From an uncultured Chlamydiales bacterium (lineage in GTDB: Bacteria; Chlamydiota; Chlamydiia; Chlamydiales; FEN-1388): a stretch of DNA of 64,000 bases. The notes beneath the pieces are model-generated. The model was not told where the DNA came from and ran no database searches. It was given only the letters and a program-made list of their open reading frames with translations. Made by a program: the position numbers and the translations under genes. The stretch is taken from contig CAWGYH010000009.1 in the NCBI GenBank assembly GCA_963826935.1, positions 79,922 through 143,921 on the forward strand, read 5' to 3'. Shown here in pieces: positions 37,687 through 48,131 of this stretch; position 1 is the stretch's first letter, and each line of letters opens with the position of its first letter.

Positions 37687-37811
37687 ATATTAAATATTTT
37701 TATACTACCATATCATTTTTAAGATTATTTGTCTTCATTTTTCTTCTTTTTTCTAGGAAAAAAATGGGGAATTTGGTATTCTACTCCTTTTATTTTTAGG
37801 AGAGATTGACA

Positions 37812-37967
37812 ATGGCATCTAAGCGCGAAAACATTAAGCTCAAGAGCACAAAAAGCCCATTCTGCTACTACACCAAGAAGAACAAGACGAAAACGCCTGA
37901 TCGCATCACGCTTCGTAAGTTTGACCCAACAATTCGCGAGCACTGCGAGTTTAAAGAGACAAAATAA
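37812..37967 (+). CDS. rpmG: 50S ribosomal protein L33
   Basis: [51 protein letters not shown] (51 aa; not in the ORF track). Confidence 0.95.
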   Translation: MASKRENIKLKSTKSPFCYYTKKNKTKTPDRITLRKFDPTIREHCEFKETK

Positions 37968-37972
37968 CGTTC

Positions 37973-39382
37973 ATGTTTGAACTCTCTGTCGCACGAAAGT
38001 ATTTAGTTCCTCGAGTGCGACAGCTTTCTGTATCCATAATCAGCCTTATATCAGTATTTGTCATTGCCACAGTCGTCTGGCTAAGCATCGTCTTTTTCTC
38101 GGTACAAGAGGGAATAGAAAGAAGCTGGACTGAGAAGATGGTAGCTATCACCTCCCCTGTACGGCTTACGCCTACTCCAGAGTACTACAAAAGCTACTAC
38201 TACCAGGTCGATGCCTACTCTCAAGCCTCAAACTACGCCTACAAGACTCTTCGTGAAAAGTTAAATAGTCCTGCAACTGACCCATACGATCCAGACCATG
38301 ATCCAAGCCTTCCCCTCTCTTTGCCTAAAAAAGAGGCTGTAGATATTGTCAAGAGCACGATGAAGGCTCTGCAGGCAATTAAAGGCACCACTTCAAAAGT
38401 CTTTGAAACAGCTCAAGCAACCCTGCACATACGGCTTGTGGAAGAGTTTTCAGAGCAAGAGATCAGTATAAACACGGTCCTAATGAGTGTTAAGGATGTA
38501 AGCGACAGGCTCGCAAAATCTATCGAGGGCTCTCACTTTGATCGAACAAGCATTATCCTTCCAAAGGGCTTTAAAGAGGCGGGTGTAAAGATTGGCGACT
38601 CCGGCTACATAGCCTACCATGGATTTGGGGCCATAACTCCTCAAGAAAACCACCTGCAGGTGCATGTTGCAGGATTTTATGACCCGGGCATCTTGCCTCT
38701 TGGCGCGAAAATTGCTTTAGTCCCCCCTGAAATTCTTGCCCAGGTAGAATCCAGCAGCCTTTCTGAAAATAGAAACCTTCCTACAGGCATTTCTGTCGAC
38801 TTTCCCGATATTAAAAACGCCGAAAAGATCAAGCACACCATTCTAGAGGCGCTTGAAAAGGCGCATCTTGCCAAATACTGGGATGTAGAGTCCTATAATG
38901 ACTATGAGTTTACTAAGGATATTTTCCAGCAGATGAGAAGCGACAAAAACCTCTTCTCGCTGATCTCTATTATCATCATGGTTGTAGCCTCATCAAATAT
39001 CATCTCCATGCTGATCATCTTAGTACATGACAAAAGAAAAGAGGTAGCTATCTTGCGAGCGCTAGGGGCATCAAAGGCGAGCATCGGCTTGATCTTTGGC
39101 CTTTGCGGGTTTCTTTTAGGCGCGGTTGGAAGCATTATAGGGACAATTTTTGCCATCCTTACGCTCAATAACATCTCTGCAATTTTGGCCTTTTTCGGCA
39201 AGCTTCAAGGCTTTGAAGTGCTCTCTTCTGCATACTATGCAAATACCTTGCCAAGCCAGGTGCATGTAACAAGCCTTCTCTTTGTTGTAGCTATGGCAGC
39301 TGTAGCCTCATGCCTTGCCGGCCTAATCCCTGCAATTCAAGCAAGCCGCATCAACACATCGGAGGCGCTTCGCAATGAATAG
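37973..39382 (+). CDS. lolE: LolC/E-type (MacB/FtsX) ABC transporter permease
   Basis: MFELSVARKYL...ISLISVFVIA; VHDKRKEVAILRALGAS; [17 protein letters not shown]. Confidence 0.85.
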   Translation: MFELSVARKYLVPRVRQLSVSIISLISVFVIATVVWLSIVFFSVQEGIERSWTEKMVAITSPVRLTPTPEYYKSYYYQVDAYSQASNYAYKTLREKLNSPATDPYDPDHDPSLPLSLPKKEAVDIVKSTMKALQAIKGTTSKVFETAQATLHIRLVEEFSEQEISINTVLMSVKDVSDRLAKSIEGSHFDRTSIILPKGFKEAGVKIGDSGYIAYHGFGAITPQENHLQVHVAGFYDPGILPLGAKIALVPPEILAQVESSSLSENRNLPTGISVDFPDIKNAEKIKHTILEALEKAHLAKYWDVESYNDYEFTKDIFQQMRSDKNLFSLISIIIMVVASSNIISMLIILVHDKRKEVAILRALGASKASIGLIFGLCGFLLGAVGSIIGTIFAILTLNNISAILAFFGKLQGFEVLSSAYYANTLPSQVHVTSLLFVVAMAAVASCLAGLIPAIQASRINTSEALRNE

Positions 39383-40055
39383 GTTTGTCCTTCAAGCAGA
39401 AAACATTACTAAGTCCTTCACACAGCCTGCTCCCCTAGAGCTGTTAAAGGGCATAAACTTGACAGTGGAACGAGGCGAAAGCGTAGCTATAGTGGGAAAA
39501 TCAGGCGAAGGAAAGACCACCCTTCTGCATATTCTTGGAACATTAGATGAGCCAACCACGGGAAGCCTCTTGCTTCTTGGCCAAAACGTAACATCGGCCA
39601 ATAAAGACCTCTTACGAAAGCGCCATCTAGGCTTCGTCTTTCAGGCATTTCACCTGTTAGAAGATGCAACAGTACTTGAAAATATCCTCCTGCCCTTAGC
39701 GATCGATCGGCAAGCTATCCACCCTAAGTCAGAAAACTACGATAAAGCCTGTGCATTGCTTCAAAAGCTAAAACTCTACGATAGACGCCATCTTCACGCC
39801 CTAAAGCTCTCAGGCGGCGAAAAACAGCGCCTAGGCATAGGCCGCGCCTTCATCACCAACCCCGACATCATCTTCGCCGACGAGCCCACCGGCAACCTCG
39901 ACCACCAAACAGCCGCCGAAATTCAATCCCTGCTCTTCACCTGGGTTAAAGATGAACAAAAAACCCTTATCACTGTTACACATAGTCTAGACTTGGCAGG
40001 GCGATCAGACCGTAAGCTTTTACTTGAATCAGGCCTTCTTTTTCAAAATAAATAG
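39375..40055 (+). CDS. lolD: LolD-type ABC transporter ATP-binding protein
   Basis: [39 protein letters not shown]. Confidence 0.9.
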   Translation: MNRFVLQAENITKSFTQPAPLELLKGINLTVERGESVAIVGKSGEGKTTLLHILGTLDEPTTGSLLLLGQNVTSANKDLLRKRHLGFVFQAFHLLEDATVLENILLPLAIDRQAIHPKSENYDKACALLQKLKLYDRRHLHALKLSGGEKQRLGIGRAFITNPDIIFADEPTGNLDHQTAAEIQSLLFTWVKDEQKTLITVTHSLDLAGRSDRKLLLESGLLFQNK

Positions 40056-40200
40056 TTTAAATAATTTAAGAATTGCATTGTTTTGCATTGTAATAATTAC
40101 CCGCCTTTTGTATGAATGATCCCTACGCCAATCGACACCGCAGTCCTTATCGCATCTGATCCTTGCATAATGCTCAATAATAACGAGATTAGGTAACGCT

Positions 40201-43200
40201 ATGTATAGAGTTGTCATATTTCTACTCTCGATTTATCTACTGCAGCCCCTTGCAGCCGAACGCCATGAGCTGCCCTCAGAAGTGCATGAAAACGCTGTTC
40301 CATCACTCGTAAACCTAACCTCTATGCCGTCTGCAATGGTAAATGGCTGTGTAAACGTCATCACGGGCGATCTCTGCATTCTAGACCAAGATGACATCGT
40401 TTCGGGCGGTCCTGATCCCTATATTCTTGGACATAGCTACTGCAGCTCAAGCCTTGAAGAGGGCAACCTTGGCGATGGCTGGAACTTTTTGCATCATCAC
40501 TTTTTGGAGGTGTATCAGCCTGGGCGCATATCGTACGTAAAAAAGGATCTGGATTTTGACACGCCCTATCTATATCCAATTGAAATGACAGACTTTTACC
40601 AGCAGCATATGGGCAATAAGACTACCTTTGGCGGTGATGCGCTTGAGTTTTTGTCTTTGGGCGATAGCAGCCTTACATATGATGATGAACCCTTAAGTAG
40701 CTTTAGCGACAATTCCGCCTGGACAGATGCTTGCTCATCTTCTCATGCTCTAGAGCTTTTTTCGCAGCCCGTCCACCCCTTAGACCTTCTCCATGGCCGT
40801 TTGGTAGAAAAAGGCAGCCGCCCAAACGATACAATCATGTCAGGATATGAAGACCCTATCTTCTTATCGCTCTTTGAACCTTCAGGCGGAAGGCTTCTTT
40901 ATAAGACCGTTTTTGATGAGGAGTACGCCGAAAAATCGCTTCGCCATTTTGAGCTTGTCACTAAAAATTCCGGTTTTACAAATATCTCTCAGGGCATGAT
41001 GTCCGCTCACTCGAACATCAAAAACATCTCTGTAAAATGGAATAAAAAAGAGGACCGTTTTACCGCAACTTTAGGCGACGGCACGCGTCGCATATACGAG
41101 CGGCAGTGGAAGCACAAAGATATGAAGCATAAGCGCGGCCACCATGCAACCTACTATCGCGACTATCAGCTCTATAAAGAAAAAAAGCCGAACGGCAACT
41201 ACACTCTCTACGAATACAATAATAAATTTGAAATTACTAAAGTTCGCGCATATAACAAAGACAACCAGCTCATGCACTGGGTTGAGTTTAACCAAAAAAA
41301 ACCTGGGGATTTTGCAAAACGTCCCTCCCTGCATGTAAAAACAAGCGACGGAAAGGAACTGGTGTACCGTTTTGAGCGAGTAAACGGCAGCCACATGCAT
41401 GGCACCTACTGCGTGTCAGAAATTGAACGCCCAGGCTACCCCAAAACAGCATTTACCTACAGCGACAAAGATCACAATCACAAAATACGCGTAAAAGGCC
41501 AGAGGTCTGAAGATGGTTTTTACATAAAGACAAAGTACTACCGCGAAAAACGAAACGACATGGGCAGCCACTATGTAAAACCCAGCCATAGCAAGGGTAA
41601 GTTTCTTAGAAATCGGGTCCGCATGCAGCTTGCGCCCGTTGGCCCCAATGGCGATGAAATAACCACCCACAAATACTACTACTACCGAGATGGCGAAGAA
41701 GGATCCGGCCACACTACGGTCAGCGATGCCTATGCAAATAAAACACGCTACCGCTGGAATAAAGACAAACGCCTCACACATATCTCTTGCTTCGACAATC
41801 AGAAAAAACGGCTCAAAACTGAGGAGTTTTGCTGGGGAAAAAAGGGTACTGATAACGAAGGCAGGCTCCGCGCCTATATTTTGCGCGATGAAAACAACAA
41901 AGCGCTTCTCGTACACAAGTACAGCTACGATGCTCGCGGCAACGTGACTGAGGATATGCTCCTAGCGCGTATTACTGAAGGTTCCGGAGATGTAAAATTT
42001 AATAAAAAGAACCTCAGACATTACGAAACCTGCGATAAGTCCATCACAACCTATACCTACTCAAAAGATACATTTAACCTCAAAGAGAGCGAATGCGACC
42101 CCCTTGGCAACTACACCTACTACAGCTATAAACCCGGCACAAACCTGCTTGAGGCCACATATATTTGCGCAGGTAAAGATATAAAAAAACGTGAGTTTTT
42201 TGAATATGATGCAAGCGGCATCTTAGTGCTCCACACCGTTGACGACGGCCGCAGCAAAGATATAAACGACCTTAAGGGAGCAACCGAACGGCACATCACC
42301 CGCATCACTCCCCGCTATGAAAGCCCACATTTCGGAGAGCCGCAACAGATCGACGAATTTCACTACGACTTCAAAAATAATAAGAGAAAGTGGTTTAAAA
42401 AAGTAGTTAACTACTTTAACGAAAAGGGCCACATCGTCAAAAAAGAGTGCCAAGCCAAAGGTGAGAATAGCGTATGGTACGCTTACGCCTACGATGAAGC
42501 AGGCCGCATCACCTACTCTGAAGACCCTGAAGGCCGCATAGAAACTTATACATATGACAAAGCTGGCCATCTCATCCATAAAACGGGCCCAAGAGATGAT
42601 GCAACCCAAGATTATATCTATGATAAAGCCGGCCGCCTCATCAAAGAAATCGAAAACCAGCCGGACGGCCTCATACTTACTACAGAATATGGCTACGACA
42701 ATCTAAGCCGCAAAACTTGGGTAAAAAATCCTCAAGGTAATGTTACTAACTATACCTACGATGCCTTAAACCGTGTCACAAGCATCACCTACCCCGACAT
42801 CTATGACCACCAAGGCAACAAAAAAACTCCTAAAAAAACCTACAGCTACGAACAGCTCGGCACAATCGTCACCGAAAAAGATGAACTGGGCCAGATTTCA
42901 AAAACCACCTACAACGCGCTAGGCAAAATTTGCAGCCAAACCCTGCCTGATGGCACTACTTTATCCTACTTCTACGACCTAAAAGGCAACTGCATTAAAG
43001 AGGTCAGCCCAAATGGCGCTGAAACCCACCTCTCTTACGACGCATTTAACCGCCTCACAAAATCACGCGTAAAAGCTGCTGAAAAGACCCTTTCCAAAAG
43101 AAAAACCATCTACAACAGCTTTCACCCTATTAAAGAAATAGGCCCAACAGAAGAGACTGTCACCTACGCCTACGACATAGCAGGAAGAAAAATTTCCCAG

Positions 43201-45978
43201 CAGCAAGATGAGCGCAAAACCCTCTTCACGTACAACTACAACAACCTCTTACGTAAAGAAAAAACCTCACTAGATAACGATGGATTTATTGCAAAAACTT
43301 ACAGATACGACGCACTACAGCGCCTCACCTCTGAAACCCTATCTGATCACAAACAAAAAGTACGCACCTTTATAGCCTATGGCTATGATGCTGAAGACAA
43401 CCTCACCACCACAACCCAAAATATTGACGGCCAAGAGGCAATAACCGACACCCGCTACCATCCCCACAGCCTTCCTGCACTCCAAACAAATGCCGAAGGC
43501 CATCAAACCCTCCACAAATACTACCATAACCATATCAACGAATATGGCCAAACAGTGGTTCGAAAAGAGACCATCGATGCCCGGGGCTGTACGTTGGAAG
43601 AGATTTTTGACACAAGAGGCAACCTCTCCAAAGTCTCGCGCTTCGACCCCACACATGCCCTCATCGCCAAAAAAGAGCTCTACTACGACAAGCTAAACCA
43701 CTGCATCCGCATCCACGAAAGCGCTATCTCTCAATCCGAAATTAAAACTATTATCACCCTATTTGAATATACCAACAACCATCTCACCGCAATTACAGAA
43801 GCGCATGGCACACCGGAAGAAAAAACAACAAAATATATCTACAACAGGCGTGGCCAACTTGAAACCATCATCCATGCCGACAACACAATCTTAAATCACC
43901 GCTACGACACTAAAGGCAGGCTCTCACACTTTTATTCCAGCGACTACACGATAGACTACAGCTACTACTACGACGCCTCCGACAGGCTGTTAGAAGTTAC
44001 CAACAACTCCACAGGTAAAAAAACAACCAGAACCTATAACAAACATGGCGAGCTCACCTCAGAAACCCTAGAAACCGGACTCACCCTTACCTACAGCTAC
44101 GATAACGCCGGAAGGGTAAAAGAACTAACCCTCCCCGACGGCTCCAAAGTAGCCTACAACTACTCCGCCTACCTCGACTCAATACATCGTCTAAATCCCC
44201 AAGGTGAAGAGCTCTATAAACATGAGATCCTCGAGCGCGACCTCTCGGGCTTTACCAAAAAAACAGCCCTTGCGGCCTCTTGTGGCACCCTCACCTTCAA
44301 CCGCGACAAACTTGGCCGCAACACCAATATCTTCCATGCCCAGTTTGAGCAAAAAGCCACAAGCTTTGATCCTGTTGGCAACTTATTATCTTTACACACC
44401 AAAGACCCCGAAGGATCCTCCGACCGCACCTTCACCTACGACTTCCTCTCGCAGCTTACCTCAGAAACAGGCCCCACAAGCCACTCCTACAACTACGACT
44501 CGCTTTATAACCGCCTTAAAAAAGATGAAGCTGCCTACACCGTAAACGACCTCCACTCCGTGCTGTCAGATAGCAACCACTCTTATAGCTACGACAAAAG
44601 AGGCAACCGCCTAAGCCAAGACAACATCACCTATAAGTACGACGCCCTTGACCGCCTCACCGAGGTTATCGATAACAACGTCCGCTACACCTACAGCTAC
44701 GACGCCTTTAACCGCCGCCTAAAAAAAGAGATCTCTACCTTCGGCTACATAGCTTGGAACAGCCCTGAAATCTCCCAGCTCTACCTCTATGCTCCAGAAA
44801 GTGAAATTGGCGCCCTAAATAGCTCTAACAACATCACAGAACTTCGCATCCTAGGCGAAGGCCTAGGCGCCGAAATAGGCGCAAGCATTGCCCTAGAACT
44901 TAATGGCACCACCTATATTCCCCTTCACGACCGCCAAGGCAACATCACCCTTCTTCTAGACAGTAACGCCGCCCCCATCGAAACCTACCACTACGACGCC
45001 TTCGGTCAAGAAACCACCCCAGAAGTCCCAAAAAGCCCCTGGCGCTTCTCCAGCAAACGTGTAGACCCCGAAACCGGCCTCGTTTACTTTGGCCGTCGCT
45101 ACTACGACCCAACCCTTGGCAAATGGCTCACCCAAGACCCTCTTGGCCTGAAGGCGGGGCCTAACCTTTATGCTTACGTGCTCAATGGCCCTATGACGAA
45201 GTTTGATCTGTATGGCTTGAACACCTCCCAGCAAGCTCGTCAGGGGATTTTTGGCATTATGGGCATTATCTTTGTGGATGAACAAGAGGAGTCATCACAG
45301 GAGATTACAATCCATGCCTTAACAGATCCCCATCAAATACTTACGAATATAATTGCAGACGTGCAAAGAATAACGGGTAAAGGTGTTTCTACTGATGAGC
45401 TTATGTGTTTGGGAAAAGAAATGATCGAAGACTACCGTTCTCCTGGTATTCCCGGGAAAGCCCTCGGGGTAATCATTGCTCGAAACACAATACAACGCAG
45501 CCCAATTCTAAAGCGAATTACCTCATTTGTTAAGGAATTATTTAAGGCAAACCCCACCACTCCTGAGAGCAGCTTACCAAAGAACATTGTACAAAAAAAT
45601 ATTACAACTCACGTTCCTCAAAATGTTTCACCACATGCTCCGCCTCCTACTCCACCAAAACAACATGTTGATTTTATTGCGGGTGAAAATGGCGTAATTT
45701 TACCAAAAAGTCGTTCCGTTATGCAAAACGGATTTCAAAAAGCAGGATTTCCTTCTTCTCCAACGAGAAGTCCTGGGGTGCAATATGAGCTTCCTGGTAT
45801 GAATGTAAGAGTTATGGAGCCGTCAGGACCAGCACCTTTGCGAGCATCATTTGAGCATCCAAAGGGTGGACATATTAACCCTATTACTGGAAAGCCGGTG
45901 CAGCCTAAAAAAGGCTTAACTAAAGAACAAAATAGAATAAATGAAAGACAACAAACCCACCTGGATTTAGAACCATGA
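40201..45978 (+). CDS. RHS/YD-repeat polymorphic toxin
   Basis: Signal-peptide-like N-terminus, DUF6531-like VNVITGD...LGDGWNF, many YD repeats, core RYYDPTLGKWLTQDPLG...NLYAYV...DLYGL, then a ~252-aa variable C-terminus. Confidence 0.93.
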   Translation: MYRVVIFLLSIYLLQPLAAERHELPSEVHENAVPSLVNLTSMPSAMVNGCVNVITGDLCILDQDDIVSGGPDPYILGHSYCSSSLEEGNLGDGWNFLHHHFLEVYQPGRISYVKKDLDFDTPYLYPIEMTDFYQQHMGNKTTFGGDALEFLSLGDSSLTYDDEPLSSFSDNSAWTDACSSSHALELFSQPVHPLDLLHGRLVEKGSRPNDTIMSGYEDPIFLSLFEPSGGRLLYKTVFDEEYAEKSLRHFELVTKNSGFTNISQGMMSAHSNIKNISVKWNKKEDRFTATLGDGTRRIYERQWKHKDMKHKRGHHATYYRDYQLYKEKKPNGNYTLYEYNNKFEITKVRAYNKDNQLMHWVEFNQKKPGDFAKRPSLHVKTSDGKELVYRFERVNGSHMHGTYCVSEIERPGYPKTAFTYSDKDHNHKIRVKGQRSEDGFYIKTKYYREKRNDMGSHYVKPSHSKGKFLRNRVRMQLAPVGPNGDEITTHKYYYYRDGEEGSGHTTVSDAYANKTRYRWNKDKRLTHISCFDNQKKRLKTEEFCWGKKGTDNEGRLRAYILRDENNKALLVHKYSYDARGNVTEDMLLARITEGSGDVKFNKKNLRHYETCDKSITTYTYSKDTFNLKESECDPLGNYTYYSYKPGTNLLEATYICAGKDIKKREFFEYDASGILVLHTVDDGRSKDINDLKGATERHITRITPRYESPHFGEPQQIDEFHYDFKNNKRKWFKKVVNYFNEKGHIVKKECQAKGENSVWYAYAYDEAGRITYSEDPEGRIETYTYDKAGHLIHKTGPRDDATQDYIYDKAGRLIKEIENQPDGLILTTEYGYDNLSRKTWVKNPQGNVTNYTYDALNRVTSITYPDIYDHQGNKKTPKKTYSYEQLGTIVTEKDELGQISKTTYNALGKICSQTLPDGTTLSYFYDLKGNCIKEVSPNGAETHLSYDAFNRLTKSRVKAAEKTLSKRKTIYNSFHPIKEIGPTEETVTYAYDIAGRKISQQQDERKTLFTYNYNNLLRKEKTSLDNDGFIAKTYRYDALQRLTSETLSDHKQKVRTFIAYGYDAEDNLTTTTQNIDGQEAITDTRYHPHSLPALQTNAEGHQTLHKYYHNHINEYGQTVVRKETIDARGCTLEEIFDTRGNLSKVSRFDPTHALIAKKELYYDKLNHCIRIHESAISQSEIKTIITLFEYTNNHLTAITEAHGTPEEKTTKYIYNRRGQLETIIHADNTILNHRYDTKGRLSHFYSSDYTIDYSYYYDASDRLLEVTNNSTGKKTTRTYNKHGELTSETLETGLTLTYSYDNAGRVKELTLPDGSKVAYNYSAYLDSIHRLNPQGEELYKHEILERDLSGFTKKTALAASCGTLTFNRDKLGRNTNIFHAQFEQKATSFDPVGNLLSLHTKDPEGSSDRTFTYDFLSQLTSETGPTSHSYNYDSLYNRLKKDEAAYTVNDLHSVLSDSNHSYSYDKRGNRLSQDNITYKYDALDRLTEVIDNNVRYTYSYDAFNRRLKKEISTFGYIAWNSPEISQLYLYAPESEIGALNSSNNITELRILGEGLGAEIGASIALELNGTTYIPLHDRQGNITLLLDSNAAPIETYHYDAFGQETTPEVPKSPWRFSSKRVDPETGLVYFGRRYYDPTLGKWLTQDPLGLKAGPNLYAYVLNGPMTKFDLYGLNTSQQARQGIFGIMGIIFVDEQEESSQEITIHALTDPHQILTNIIADVQRITGKGVSTDELMCLGKEMIEDYRSPGIPGKALGVIIARNTIQRSPILKRITSFVKELFKANPTTPESSLPKNIVQKNITTHVPQNVSPHAPPPTPPKQHVDFIAGENGVILPKSRSVMQNGFQKAGFPSSPTRSPGVQYELPGMNVRVMEPSGPAPLRASFEHPKGGHINPITGKPVQPKKGLTKEQNRINERQQTHLDLEP

Positions 45979-46721
45979 TTACAGAAATTCAAACAAAAAT
46001 CAAAGAGCATTTGCCGCTGCATATTGATGAAATACATTGGAACGGCGCTTCACTATTATTCCGGGGCACAAATTGGCATTTTGAGGCTATTACAGCATGG
46101 AGACTTATTTCAAATAACAAAATTCTATGTGGATCGGATACAGACACTCAAAATGTAATTAAATTTATAAAAGATGCTTCAGTTGTTCGCATAGAACCCC
46201 AAAATCCAGCTTTTCCTGTAGATCCAAGCTTACTTTTAGACAATGGTTGTATATTAGAAATATTTTCAGATACCAGTTATGATACATGGACTTTTCGCGT
46301 CCCTAATGCTCCAATATATGATTTTTCACCATATGATGAGGTTTATAAAAATATACAACAAATTGGTGTATTTCCAGATATCAAAAATTTTTTGCCGCTG
46401 CATATTCGAAGGCTCTCATCAGAGAACAATAAGCTAATTCTTCATGGTAACAAGTGGAATCTAACAATTCCACATTCGTGGAGACTTATAGATCAAAATA
46501 ATTATATACATGGGATGCTCGAAGAGGAGACTAAAAAGAATCTTGATGAATTAATAGACATAAACATTGATTCTGTTCAGTTTCAATCAAAACATCTACC
46601 AATTGACCCTGTGCTCAATTTATCGAATGGATTTCGATTAGAAATCTTCTCAGTAAAACAGCACGAACTTTGGGTAATAAAGTTACCTAATGGGAAAGAA
46701 GTTTATGGGGCAGCAGGATAA
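45975..46721 (+). CDS. Putative cognate immunity protein with two tandem repeats
   Basis: ATGA overlap with the RHS stop; AT-rich; LPLHI...WRLI...DP.L.L.NG..LEIFS occurs twice, 127 aa apart. Confidence 0.75.
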   Translation: MITEIQTKIKEHLPLHIDEIHWNGASLLFRGTNWHFEAITAWRLISNNKILCGSDTDTQNVIKFIKDASVVRIEPQNPAFPVDPSLLLDNGCILEIFSDTSYDTWTFRVPNAPIYDFSPYDEVYKNIQQIGVFPDIKNFLPLHIRRLSSENNKLILHGNKWNLTIPHSWRLIDQNNYIHGMLEEETKKNLDELIDINIDSVQFQSKHLPIDPVLNLSNGFRLEIFSVKQHELWVIKLPNGKEVYGAAG

Positions 46722-46796
46722 CAAGTTATAGAACCGAACTTCGTTCATTTTTTATGTGTGCCCAATACCGTCCATGTACCTCTTTTTTACCGTTTT

Positions 46797-47666
46797 TTAT
46801 GTTTTAGCTTTAGTAAGCTGAATAATAGCGTTTTCTACATCGTCATCGCACATAATTTCTTCAAAACACTGTTCACATGCAACGGGAAAGTTCATCTGGG
46901 CGATGCGAACTTCTCCTTCAGGCCATCCTACTATTGCCGACTCATCATAGGCATCAAGCCAGCCGAGTTTTAAAAAACTCTGAAACTCCTTAACTGTAAA
47001 ACGATCCTTATTAGCTTCAAATAACGAAAGGATATCGTTTATAGCGTCGAAACAATAGTCAATGATATCTTGAGAAGGATCCAGCCGGAAAGTTTCTAGT
47101 GCCTCCACTAAAGCACAGTGAATGATTGCAACAACGTGCTTGCCATTATAATTCTTATGACCAAATTCTTCCTGAATGGAATCGACAATCATTTCGATGC
47201 AGAGGTTTGGATTATCTTTTAATTTCGGTAGGGGTACATACGCTCTTCGTTTTGTGACCTTTTTCTTTGGCCCATCAACGAGCGCGCAAGAAACGGATTT
47301 TTCCAGAATGCCTGGAGAATAAATATTATACTTTTTTAACATGGTCTCAGTATTAAATGTCAATTTTCTGGCAGAAATTGTTTTGAGCACGCTCCGGGCA
47401 TCCTCATACGCTTCATCGTCTTCGTAATTACTAATTACGCAAGAAAAGGCATGGCGAAAGCGCTCTATCTCTTTAGACGAAACAACGCTACAGTCTTGAG
47501 ATAAAATGTTTCTCACATGCTCTACGACTTTATTTAAGCCGCTTTTTTTGTGAGTAGCGTCTACGTGGCGTAGGGTATCGCCTACATGAAGATAGCTGCC
47601 ATGGCCATCAAGCTCAAGTGTATCAGCTACGGAAATGAAATTACGAATTAAAGAAATAGCAGTCAT
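46797..47666 (-). CDS. Hypothetical protein
   Basis: 289-aa ORF; no family recognised. Confidence 0.65.
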   Translation of the reverse strand: MTAISLIRNFISVADTLELDGHGSYLHVGDTLRHVDATHKKSGLNKVVEHVRNILSQDCSVVSSKEIERFRHAFSCVISNYEDDEAYEDARSVLKTISARKLTFNTETMLKKYNIYSPGILEKSVSCALVDGPKKKVTKRRAYVPLPKLKDNPNLCIEMIVDSIQEEFGHKNYNGKHVVAIIHCALVEALETFRLDPSQDIIDYCFDAINDILSLFEANKDRFTVKEFQSFLKLGWLDAYDESAIVGWPEGEVRIAQMNFPVACEQCFEEIMCDDDVENAIIQLTKAKT

Positions 47667-47739
47667 ATTTATTATATTAAATTAAAAACTGCAATTATTT
47701 TATCAAAAACACAAATTAAAGTGTAAATTAATTATATAT

Positions 47740-47955
47740 TTAACGGCTTCTATCTTTAAGAATGGATTGTGCAAGGCTTGCGTTTTCTTTATTTATCATA
47801 ATCCCTACACCATTGGTCACTGAAAGATAGGGGAGCGCTCCACCGGCATTGTCTGTTCGTAAAAAACAGTTGATTCCGTTAGCTTCAAATTGGGATTTAA
47901 TGAGATCAGCCTCTGTTGAATCGTTGGTATTGTAAATGCAGATTATTTCATCCAT
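47740..47955 (-). CDS. DUF2007-type small putative signal-transducing protein
   Basis: EADLIKSQFEANGI.C...GVGIMI....A..A..IL pattern; 71 aa. Confidence 0.7.
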   Translation of the reverse strand: MDEIICIYNTNDSTEADLIKSQFEANGINCFLRTDNAGGALPYLSVTNGVGIMINKENASLAQSILKDRSR

Positions 47956-48131
47956 GATAGTCACCCGGGTTTCTTTCAAATTTTATACCAGTAAAACAAA
48001 AATGTGAAGCACTAAACGTAATGAGGTTTGCGACTTGGTGCCGGGAACAAGAGATGTTTTCCCAGATAATTGACTAAATAGGCTCTTTTTGTTACCTTTC
48101 GGCAAAGCATTGTTTGAAAAATGAGGGTAAC

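Noticed and set aside
40201-45220. Diversity-generating retroelement or orphan RHS-CT cassettes
   Set aside because: No reverse transcriptase or template/variable repeat pair, and no second RHS core fragment downstream
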